From an uncultured Acidimicrobiia bacterium (GTDB lineage: Bacteria; Acidobacteriota; Terriglobia; Versatilivoradales; Versatilivoraceae): a stretch of DNA of 64,000 bases. The translations under genes were made by a program, and so were the position numbers. The stretch is taken from contig CAWBAT010000005.1 of NCBI GenBank assembly GCA_963786955.1, positions 1,280,001 through 1,344,000 of the forward strand, read 5' to 3'. The notes under the pieces are model-generated. The model had not been told where the DNA came from, ran no database searches, and saw nothing but the letters and a program-made list of their open reading frames with translations. Positions 30,817-39,217 of this stretch are shown one piece after another (the first letter of the stretch is position 1; each line of letters begins with the position of its first letter).

Positions 30817-31194
30817 TTGACTGCATACAATTCCTCAGAAAATGAAAGTGGCTTCTCCAATGAAATTTCGACGACGATAGCCGCTTCGACTGATACGACA
30901 CCAACGGTGATTTGGGCAGTGACGGCTTCAGTCGTGACGGCAATGGGAGCGACCATCTGCTGGACGACCAACGAGTCGTCTGATACGCAGGTGGGGTATG
31001 GGACGACAACGGCCTTTGGAAACAACCCTGCCATCGACTCACCAAAAGTAACAAGTCATTCTCAAGCCTGGGCTGGTCTCGCTTCAAGTACGCTCTATCA
31101 TTATCCCGCCAAGTCACGCGACGCTGCTCGCTATTTGTCATTGTCCGGTGATTTTGGTTTCACCACAGTGGCTACATTTGATCTCCATCCCTGA
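30817..31194 (+). pseudogene. 5'-truncated, decayed Fn3 repeat gene
   Basis: Begins mid-domain (TAYNSSENESGFSNEIS) then a degenerate P2-type repeat (DTTPTVIWAVTAS..ATICWTTNESSDTQV); no signal peptide. Confidence 0.7.
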
Positions 31195-31653
31195 GCATAT
31201 AAGTCTTCAAAGTTTGGATTAGCTCGAGTCTTGGGATCATAGCCAATTCAGCAATCTATGACCCAAAAATAGAACCGCAGCTAATGCATTAGTTATAGGG
31301 GAAGTTCCTGGTAAGGCGTGCTCGCCGAGTGCGCCATGGACGCTCCGGTGATCAGTCCTTCGCAAATCTTTGGCCCTGTGGGCTATCGTGCAGGGCAAAT
31401 TGCAAAGCAATCATCAGTTCTATGCCAGAAACGGCAGCCTTAACTATTTTATGTGATAAGCCGATGAGAATTCTAGCTATGTGCGGCACAGGGATTGTTG
31501 ACCCTCACTGAGGCGAGCGCCTTTTTCGGAAGGTCATGAAGTTGTATGCCTGGACCACTATTTTCGTGATTCGAAAAAGAACATACACAATCTCTTGAAT
31601 TACAAAAATTTTGAGTTATGAACGATTGAGTATTACAGGGGTTCGCAAAGCAA

Positions 31654-32529
31654 ATGAACTCGACCTCCCAATTTCTCAAAACACGTCCATTTGTTGAAGA
31701 AGCTTCCCCGTACCTCAGAGCCCTTGTGGTCGGGTCTTTGCTAACTTATCTTTATTTCCCCGTCTTAAATGGGATCGTTGCTGAGTGGTGGAATAACGCC
31801 AACTACTCCTATGGCTTCCTGATCCCGATCGTATCTTTTGTCATACTTTGGAATCGAAGAAAAGAATTTCAGGGAATCCAGGTCTCTCCTGAATTCCGAG
31901 GGGCATGGATATTCTCTTTTGGTCTTTTCTTGTATCTTACTGGAATCGCGGGCAAGGAAGAATTCATTCAACGGTTTTCGTTCCCGCTCACACTTTTAGG
32001 ATTGGTTTACTTTCTTTGCGGTAAATCGGCGGCCCTATCTGCGCTTTTTCCCATCGGTTATTCCTATTTCATGATCCCTCTTCCTTCTATCGTTTTCAGT
32101 AACATTGCTTTACGCCTGCAACTGCTTGACGCCAAAGTGGTTGCTGTGGTTGCTTCCCTTCTAGGTGTGCCAGTCTTCCGAGAGGACTTCATCCTCCATC
32201 TCCCTGAGATTTCACTCAAAGTGGCCGAGGCGTGCGGCGGTGCTTTTTCCGTTATAGCATTCCTCGCCCTTGGGGTTTTTTACACTCATGAATTGAAATT
32301 GAAGCGGCCCGCCAAGATCTTCCTCTGGCTGCTGTTGATACCGCTGGCTGTTTTTTCCAACATCATTAGGATCTTGGTGATTGTGCTCGTGTCGTACTAC
32401 TCTGGTAGTTGGGTTCTACGTTCGAGTATTCATCTCCTCTCGGGTGTTTTCAGCTTCTTGGTTGATTTCGGAGCTTTGGTATTCATAAGTAAACTCTTGG
32501 AAAAATCACCGAAACAAGATCATTCGTAA
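31654..32529 (+). CDS. Exosortase (EpsH family transpeptidase)
   Basis: W...YSYGFLIP, FMIPLP, VAEACGG (Cys), NIIRI (Arg), IHLLSG (His); multi-TM. Confidence 0.88.
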   Translation: MNSTSQFLKTRPFVEEASPYLRALVVGSLLTYLYFPVLNGIVAEWWNNANYSYGFLIPIVSFVILWNRRKEFQGIQVSPEFRGAWIFSFGLFLYLTGIAGKEEFIQRFSFPLTLLGLVYFLCGKSAALSALFPIGYSYFMIPLPSIVFSNIALRLQLLDAKVVAVVASLLGVPVFREDFILHLPEISLKVAEACGGAFSVIAFLALGVFYTHELKLKRPAKIFLWLLLIPLAVFSNIIRILVIVLVSYYSGSWVLRSSIHLLSGVFSFLVDFGALVFISKLLEKSPKQDHS

Positions 32530-32532
32530 GAA

Positions 32533-33183
32533 ATGAGTCCAAAAGCACATTTGCAATGGTGGATGGCGGTAATTATGTTGGTTGCCGCCAATCTTTATGT
32601 TCACACGGGAGACGATAACACGTCGAATACCCGTCCCCCAGATGTTCAGTTATTCCCCGCAAGACTTGGCGCTTGGAACTGTGTTTCCTCCGAGGGGACG
32701 AAATCGGAACACGAAGACCAAAATGTTGATAAGTTCTGGAAAGCAAAATGCCAGAAGGGAGCCAGCCAACCCCTAGACGTATTCATCGGCTATTCTTTTC
32801 ACGCTGGTAAGAAAGGGAGGCTCCCGCCCCCGTTAGTGTACTTCGGGCAGCAAGAATGGGATTTCCCTACAAACCAGTCTGTCTCTATTGACGATGAGAA
32901 CCAAAAAGGAAGAAAACTCAACCTAATGCAATGCCTGCTCAGGAACCCCCAAGGATCTAAAGTCGCATTGAGCTATTGGTACCAGTTATCGGGGAATTCC
33001 TATGCGAGCGACTACGGTTATCGATGGGCCTTGATTCTCCGTCGATTGATTCGTCAACCTGTTCGTGGCCAGATCGTACGGATAACTTTGCCTGTAGAGG
33101 GATTGGCCCAGCAGGAAGCCTTTGAGCTTGAAAAGGAGTTGGGATTGGAACTTTGGACTTTGGTTCAAGCCGAACTCCGTTGA
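32533..33183 (+). CDS. EpsI family exosortase-associated protein
   Basis: N-terminal anchor, FP.RLG.W, DVFIGY, LSYWYQ, G.IVRIT; directly follows exosortase. Confidence 0.75.
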   Translation: MSPKAHLQWWMAVIMLVAANLYVHTGDDNTSNTRPPDVQLFPARLGAWNCVSSEGTKSEHEDQNVDKFWKAKCQKGASQPLDVFIGYSFHAGKKGRLPPPLVYFGQQEWDFPTNQSVSIDDENQKGRKLNLMQCLLRNPQGSKVALSYWYQLSGNSYASDYGYRWALILRRLIRQPVRGQIVRITLPVEGLAQQEAFELEKELGLELWTLVQAELR

Positions 33184-33541
33184 GGACCTGTATGGCAACA
33201 AATTCATGGAACATTTGGAGGCAGAATGGAGCTGACCTCGATTTCTTGCCGGGAATTGTTTAGGTCTGTTTTTCCCCGCATTGCTTTTGCTAGACCAAAG
33301 ATCCTCTTCTCCGAGAAAGTCCATAATCGTTGCCCGGTTGATCTCATTTGCCGAAAATTCAGCGCAGGATCCGACCAAATACAGTTCAAGGGAATTAAAT
33401 TACACTCTTGTTACTAGGTTATCCACCTGCAATCTTTCCCGCCGCAGAGATTTTCACATTAAAAATAAGAATAAGACCTAACGTATTCTTAATAATTAAA
33501 TTAGATCTGAAGTCGTGCCCCGATATGAAAGTGCAGGCAAT

Positions 33542-33557
33542 TGGTCAGACAGTTGCA
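33542..33557 (+). promoter_or_regulatory. Candidate sigma-54 promoter
   Basis: TGGTCAG-ACAG-TTGCA, exact GG-N10-GC spacing, same distance to ATG as in P1. Confidence 0.45.
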
Positions 33558-33608
33558 TTCCCAGTTCCTGCTGGCATCAGCCACAAATCTAAATTAGGGC
33601 AAGTCTTC

Positions 33609-34793
33609 ATGCTAAGTAGAAATACCAGCCCAATCATTAGAATCGCGGCCCTTTTGGTTCTCATATTTGTATTCAAAGGGGCCGGAAATGGTTTTGCAGG
33701 CTCCTTGTCAATTTCCTGGACTCCGATCCAAGACAGTCTCTTAGCAGGATACAAGATCAAATTTGGCACGACCTCGGGAATTTATTCGCAATCGGTGAAT
33801 GTCGGAAACGTCACCAGCTATGTCGTGCCGAATCTCACCGATGGAACGACGTATTATCTCATCGTCGTTGGATACGACACCAGCCAAGTTGAGGGCCAGG
33901 CCTCAACCGAAGTATCAGGAGCTGTCCTCGCATCCACTGCGGTTGCCGCATCTTCCATCACAGCCAATGGGGCGGTCATTATCTGGACAACAAATAAACC
34001 AGGTGACAGCCAGACCGATTATGGAACCACGACAACCTATGACGCGAGCACATCTCTGGATCCCACTCTAGTGACAAGCCATTCCCAATCGCTGGCGAAC
34101 CTGAATGCAGGTACGACTTATAATTACCGGATCCGCTCCAAGGATGCCGGCGGTTCCGTGACCGTTTCTTCAAACTTCTCGTTCACGACGCAACAAGGGC
34201 CGGACACCACGCCTCCCGGAGATGCGACCAACTTCACGGCGGTGCCTGGCAACACCATAATTAACCTTAATTGGACAAATCCCACAGACCCCGATTATAA
34301 AGGGGTCATGATTCGCTACCGAACAGACGGCGTGTACCCGACCAGTAATGCTGATGGAATGCTTGCGATGGATCGCGTCGAAGTTGCCGGATCAAATGAT
34401 TATTTCGTCCACTCGGGATTGTCGAACGGGACCACTTATAGTTATTCAGCATTCACTTATGACACCACAGGTAATTACTCGCACACCGCGCATATTCAGG
34501 CCACGCCAGCCAATCTGTCAATTACATCAATTTCCCCGATTAAAGGGCTGACAGGAACCACAGTTGTAATCTCGGGCACTGGTTTCGGAACTGCTCAGGG
34601 GAGTAGTAAAGTGACTTTCAATGGACTGACTGCCACCGCGAGTGCTTGGAGCGACACTTCAATCACGGTTACTGTTCCCCAAAATGCCAAGAGTGGCAAT
34701 GTCGTTGTAACGGTTAACGGGGTGCAGACCAATGGGGTCTATTTCAAAGTTGGCAACGGCGTTGGAAAACCCCCGAAAGTGAGAGTCTTTTAA
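33609..34793 (+). CDS. Secreted Fn3 (A strand absent) + 2 Fn3 + IPT/TIG + C-terminal GKPPKVRVF tail (P3)
   Basis: Signal peptide ..GNGFA then GSLSISW; IPT motif ITSISP..G.TGTTVVISGTGFG..WSDTSITVTVP; ATG 33609 chosen. Confidence 0.8.
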   Translation: MLSRNTSPIIRIAALLVLIFVFKGAGNGFAGSLSISWTPIQDSLLAGYKIKFGTTSGIYSQSVNVGNVTSYVVPNLTDGTTYYLIVVGYDTSQVEGQASTEVSGAVLASTAVAASSITANGAVIIWTTNKPGDSQTDYGTTTTYDASTSLDPTLVTSHSQSLANLNAGTTYNYRIRSKDAGGSVTVSSNFSFTTQQGPDTTPPGDATNFTAVPGNTIINLNWTNPTDPDYKGVMIRYRTDGVYPTSNADGMLAMDRVEVAGSNDYFVHSGLSNGTTYSYSAFTYDTTGNYSHTAHIQATPANLSITSISPIKGLTGTTVVISGTGFGTAQGSSKVTFNGLTATASAWSDTSITVTVPQNAKSGNVVVTVNGVQTNGVYFKVGNGVGKPPKVRVF

Positions 34794-34833
34794 GCTAGAA
34801 AGCTAGCACAAACTTCCCGCCCCCAAGCCCACC

Positions 34834-34874
34834 AAACGGCAGCCAGCAGAAACCACTGGTTGCCGTTTTTTTTT
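34834..34874 (+). terminator. Rho-independent terminator
   Basis: aaacggcagccag-loop-ctggttgccgttt followed by T run. Confidence 0.8.
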
Positions 34875-34890
34875 CCTATTCAATCTGTTT

Positions 34891-35020
34891 GGTAGGGCGC
34901 GCTCGCTGAGCGCGCCGAAGCTTGAGGGCGGTCTCAGCGAGACGCCCTACCGACCCCCTTAAGTCCCCCTTAACCAAGGGGGACAATTCCCACGGTGGTC
35001 TAAGCGAGACCGCCTTATCA
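34891..35020. repeat. GTAG-family REP mosaic (BIME-like)
   Basis: gtagggcgcgctcgctgagcgcgccg, inverted ggcggtctcagcgagacgccctac, ccccttaagtcccccttaaccaagggggac. Confidence 0.8.
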
Positions 35021-35329
35021 ATCCGACCTAATAAATACTAATTATGTAGTTTTATTACTAAAGCCAAATTTACGACCAAAGATTCCATCGGTACGCAATT
35101 AGTTGTATTCCAAATCCTCCAAAGTGATTACTAGCCACTACCCAATGGGTATTAGAACATGGTTGACCGCGCAATCACAAAATTGTCATGAAACATCTTT
35201 ACTTAATATATATTATGGCAATTTTACCATCACGAATTTGATGTTTAATTGATTATAAGTGTTTGTATATCAATAGCTTTGATAAAATATGAGAAATAAT
35301 TTCATATAGGAAAACTTTACCCTCATTAA

Positions 35330-35345
35330 TGGAGTGATGGATGCT
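35330..35345 (+). promoter_or_regulatory. Weak candidate sigma-54 promoter after AT-rich region
   Basis: TGGAGTG-ATGG-ATGCT, GG-N10-GC spacing; AT-rich 35030-35330. Confidence 0.3.
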
Positions 35346-35385
35346 CTTCATGGGCTGGGATATTCCAAAACGAGGGTTAGGGATC

Positions 35386-37635
35386 ATGCGTAATTACCTA
35401 AAATCCATCATACTTTTTTCAGGCATTTTACTAAGTTTGTCGTCGGCTGCATTTGGACAAACCGGCAACGTCACGGTTTCTTGGGATCCTATAAAAGACC
35501 CAGACTTGGGTGGATACACGGTTCTCTGGGGGACAGCTTCAAAGAGTTATACAGGCTCCCAAAACACGGGGATGACGACTACTCAATCTAACGTATCTCT
35601 CCCTGGCGGGAAGACCTATTATTTTGCTGTCCGGGGGTTCGATCAAGCTGGTGTGCCGGGGGAATTGTCTGATGAGGTTTCTGCGATTGTTAAAGGCAGC
35701 GACACCACACCTCCGGTTATTTCCGGCGTTTCAGCCAGCAACATCACCTCTTCAGGCGCCACCATTTCATTCAGCACCGACGAAGAGGCTTATGTCCAAG
35801 TTGCGTACGGAACAAGTTCCGCACTGGGGGTGTATACAGGCCTCACAAATGTTTCCTCGAAATCGCACCAAGTTGTTTTGAGCAGCCTATCCGGTTCTAC
35901 AACGTATTTCTTTCAAGCAGTCGCCAAAGATCTTTCTGCAAACCAAGCTCTTTCCCAAGTCTTATCGTTCAAAACGCTAGCGGGTCCTGACAAACCTCCG
36001 GACCCTGACAATCCTCCGGACCCGAATGCCGCGATCAAATTTATTCAGATCACTCTGACAAACGTAAGCAGTAATTCAGTATCGATCAATTGGACAACTG
36101 ACAAGTGGACCACGGGGTTTGTTCAGTACGGCTTGGATACCAATTTGGGGATGAGCGTCTCCGATCCAAACTCTCTTTCGAATCACCTCACGGAACTGTC
36201 TTCCCTGACTCCATCCACTCTTTACCGGTATCGAATTACGGCGATGGACACAGAAGGTCACCAGGCCGTTTCAGGGGTTCTGATGTTTAAGACTGCGGAC
36301 CGCGTCAGCCAGCCAGCGCGGCCTTCATCACAAGCAATCTTTATTCCGTCGATTGTTGAAAACAGCCGATTCAGAACGAATCTTGGCATCAACAATGAAA
36401 CCGACACGATAGCCAATGTCAGTCTGACGCTCGTGGACAAGGAGGGGATTGTCCTTGGCGGAACCACCTTGACCGTGGAACCCATGGGGCTGAGACAAGT
36501 CAACAGTGTTGCTCGGGTCCTGTATCCAAACGGCTTTGGGAATGACATAGAAGGCAACCTCTATCTTGAAAGCGACCAGAATATTAAGGCTTGGGCGTCT
36601 CAGATCAACAATGCGACCAATGACCCCAGTCTCTTACTGAGTAAGCAGTCAGGCTCAACGAAACTGCTCATTCCTTCTTCAGCCAACATTGGAAAATTTA
36701 CGTCCTCGCTCGTATTGATGAATATTGGATTATCCACCGCTCAGGTAACCATGAAATCTTACGGGACCTCGGGGCAAGTTCTTGGGCAGACCCGGGAACC
36801 ACTCTCCATTCCGCCCAATGGAATCCTTAGTTTTGACAATGTGCTGGATACTCTTGGCGTAAAGGATAACTACGGCCCGATTGAAATTATCTCCATCAAC
36901 GATGTGCCCATCATTGTTAGTTCGCGCGTCTCCAATGCAAACGGAGCAGGTGGGTTTTTTGAGGGCTTGGATTATGTGAATGCTTCCACTCTTCAATACA
37001 TTCCTTACGTCCTTGATACCAGTGCGACTCGCACTAACCTGGGGATTAATAACGTAACCGAATCTGCCGCAACGGTAAAGATTCGATTGTTTGATCAGCA
37101 TGGAAGTCTCGTGGCCTCGAAGCAAGTTTCGGTAGCACCGAGAGGTCTGACGCAGATCAATAACATTGTTCGCTTTATGATCAACGCGACTGACGTCACG
37201 AACCGGGAAGGGTATTTACAGCTGGATTCTGATCAGCAGATATTTGGCTGGGCGTCTCAGATTGACAACACCAGCAACGATCCCGGGTTTGCCGTGAGCA
37301 AGGGGACCGGTTCGACCCATCTCCTGGTGGACTCCACGGCCAATGTGGGGAGCTTCAAGTCCAGTCTGGTAATTGTCAATGTCGGGGATTCGGATGCGCT
37401 TGTAGACATCGTGTCTCGCAATATCGAAGGAGATATACAAGGCGAAGCCCGCGGGGTACTGATATCGAAGGGTGGCTTCTATAGTACGACCAATATCCTT
37501 GAAACCTTAGGGGTTCACTCCAGCTATGGGCCGGTCGAAATCCTTTCGACAAATGGCAAGCCTCTTTTAGTGACCTCTCGGGTCTATAGCGATTCTGGTA
37601 CGAGCGGGTTTTTTGAAGGACAGTCGATAGATTAA
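35386..37635 (+). CDS. Secreted Fn3 (A strand absent) + 2 Fn3 + two copies of a ~215-aa beta-rich C-terminal module (P4)
   Basis: Signal peptide ..AAFG then QTGNVTVSW; repeated RTNLGINN..WASQI.N..NDP..AN.G.F.SSLV..YGP.EI.S..GFFEG. Confidence 0.78.
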   Translation: MRNYLKSIILFSGILLSLSSAAFGQTGNVTVSWDPIKDPDLGGYTVLWGTASKSYTGSQNTGMTTTQSNVSLPGGKTYYFAVRGFDQAGVPGELSDEVSAIVKGSDTTPPVISGVSASNITSSGATISFSTDEEAYVQVAYGTSSALGVYTGLTNVSSKSHQVVLSSLSGSTTYFFQAVAKDLSANQALSQVLSFKTLAGPDKPPDPDNPPDPNAAIKFIQITLTNVSSNSVSINWTTDKWTTGFVQYGLDTNLGMSVSDPNSLSNHLTELSSLTPSTLYRYRITAMDTEGHQAVSGVLMFKTADRVSQPARPSSQAIFIPSIVENSRFRTNLGINNETDTIANVSLTLVDKEGIVLGGTTLTVEPMGLRQVNSVARVLYPNGFGNDIEGNLYLESDQNIKAWASQINNATNDPSLLLSKQSGSTKLLIPSSANIGKFTSSLVLMNIGLSTAQVTMKSYGTSGQVLGQTREPLSIPPNGILSFDNVLDTLGVKDNYGPIEIISINDVPIIVSSRVSNANGAGGFFEGLDYVNASTLQYIPYVLDTSATRTNLGINNVTESAATVKIRLFDQHGSLVASKQVSVAPRGLTQINNIVRFMINATDVTNREGYLQLDSDQQIFGWASQIDNTSNDPGFAVSKGTGSTHLLVDSTANVGSFKSSLVIVNVGDSDALVDIVSRNIEGDIQGEARGVLISKGGFYSTTNILETLGVHSSYGPVEILSTNGKPLLVTSRVYSDSGTSGFFEGQSID

Positions 37636-37640
37636 CTTCA

Positions 37641-37833
37641 GGTACGGCGGTTTCGCTGAAGCCAACGTCTTAAATTAGTGCTGCCAAATAACTCGGCGGT
37701 CTCAGCGAGACCGCCCTACCTTGTGATGCATATTCCCCGAACGTTATTCATCGACGTTGTTGGTAGGGCGCGCACACCGTGCACGCCGCAAAGCTAGAAT
37801 CAGGAACAGCGGTCTCAGCGAGACCGCCCTACC
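37641..37833. repeat. GTAG-family REP mosaic (BIME-like)
   Basis: gcggtctcagcgagaccgccctacc x2 alternating with gtagggcgcgcac..gccg; linkers shared with 40504-40798. Confidence 0.82.
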
Positions 37834-39086
37834 TTTTTGACCAACTCCCGGATTAGGATCTTGACAATCCGCTTCCCAGCTTTTCCATCCCAATAGCGTG
37901 GTTCGCGCGATCTTCTTTTCTTTTTGATCTGTGACAAAGCGCAATGAACAATATCTTTCTTTTTCGTCCCCGCCAGCACGTTTGTCCCTTCGGAAATGGT
38001 TACAGGCCTCTCCGTATTCTCTCGGAGTGTTAGACATGGGACGCCCAAGACCGTCGTCTCTTCTTGAATGCCTCCGGAGTCAGTCAATACCAAACGAGCG
38101 TTGGACATAAGACAGAGGAAATCCAAGTAACCCAGTGGGTCAATGCAACGTACGCCTGATTTTCCGGTTGGAGTCGATGGCCCTTCCAGACCGAGCTGGA
38201 AATAGCTCTCCAATTGGAATTCCTTGATACGATTCAAAGTTCGAGGATGGACTGGAAACAGTATTGGAATCTTGGTGGCGATCTTGGACAAAGCCTGGGC
38301 AATTTCCTGGAAGGCCTCCCGATCATCGACATTGCTGGGACGATGCAATGTCACTAGCGCGTAGTCAATACAGCTTTTACTGTTAGACTCATGGTTGGAA
38401 TGACTCTCTTCATTGTTTGCCAGTCCTATAGGGGTTGGCTGTTTTAAGAGACCCAATTGAACGAGGATTTCAGATTTTTCTGCTCTGGACCGATGCTTCA
38501 GCAGCGTATCTACCATGGTATTCCCGACCCAAAAGACCTTTTTGGAGGTAACGCCTTCCCGCGTCAAATTCTTGGTCGCTCCTTTTTCAGTTACGAAATG
38601 CAAGTCGGAAATGGCATCCGTGAGCAACCGGTTGATTTCTTCCGGCATGGATCGGTCGAAACTTCTTAGCCCAGCCTCAACATGAGCGATAAGCGGACGA
38701 ACCCGGCTGGAGAGGCTAGCTGGGTAAATGATCTTAGCAGCGACCAGGGAACAGGCAATGGTTGAATTCACATCGCCGACTACCAGCACAACATCAGGAA
38801 GATGAGACATCAAGACCGACTCAAATCGCTTCATGATCTCAGCGGTCTGCTGAGCATGAGAACCCGAACCGACCCCTAGATCTACATCCGGCTTTGGAAT
38901 TCCCAAGTCCTGGAAAAAGGTGGTCGACATCATTGCATCATAGTGCTGACCCGTATGCACGATCAGCTGGTGGATCTTAGGTTTATGCTCAGAGTTGTTA
39001 TAGGCGGTCACAGCATCAGAGATCGACGCAATTTTCATGAAATTGGGGCGTGCCCCAGCTACAAGCATCAGTTTTAGCGTATTCAA
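37815..39086 (-). CDS. wecB: UDP-N-acetylglucosamine 2-epimerase (non-hydrolysing)
   Basis: GARPNFMK, HTGQHYD, HVEAGLRS, MPEEINR, TDSGGIQEE, WDGKA. Confidence 0.93.
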   Translation of the reverse strand: MNTLKLMLVAGARPNFMKIASISDAVTAYNNSEHKPKIHQLIVHTGQHYDAMMSTTFFQDLGIPKPDVDLGVGSGSHAQQTAEIMKRFESVLMSHLPDVVLVVGDVNSTIACSLVAAKIIYPASLSSRVRPLIAHVEAGLRSFDRSMPEEINRLLTDAISDLHFVTEKGATKNLTREGVTSKKVFWVGNTMVDTLLKHRSRAEKSEILVQLGLLKQPTPIGLANNEESHSNHESNSKSCIDYALVTLHRPSNVDDREAFQEIAQALSKIATKIPILFPVHPRTLNRIKEFQLESYFQLGLEGPSTPTGKSGVRCIDPLGYLDFLCLMSNARLVLTDSGGIQEETTVLGVPCLTLRENTERPVTISEGTNVLAGTKKKDIVHCALSQIKKKRRSREPRYWDGKAGKRIVKILIRELVKKVGRSR

Positions 39087-39133
39087 ATTCCCGGATCCTC
39101 CGATTTCAAAATTGTAGTTCGACTACGATGGGA

Positions 39134-39217
39134 AGAGACCGCCCTACCGACACCCCTTAAGTCCCCCTTAACCGAGGGGGACGCTTCCCACGGCGGTCTC
39201 AGCGAAACAGACCTACC
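39134..39217. repeat. REP mosaic
   Basis: gagaccgccctacc, ccccttaagtcccccttaaccgagggggac, cggcggtctcagcga. Confidence 0.75.

Noticed and set aside
22140-34793. Pro-rich C-terminal tails as PEP-CTERM-like exosortase signals
   Set aside because: No hydrophobic TM helix or basic cluster follows the motif.
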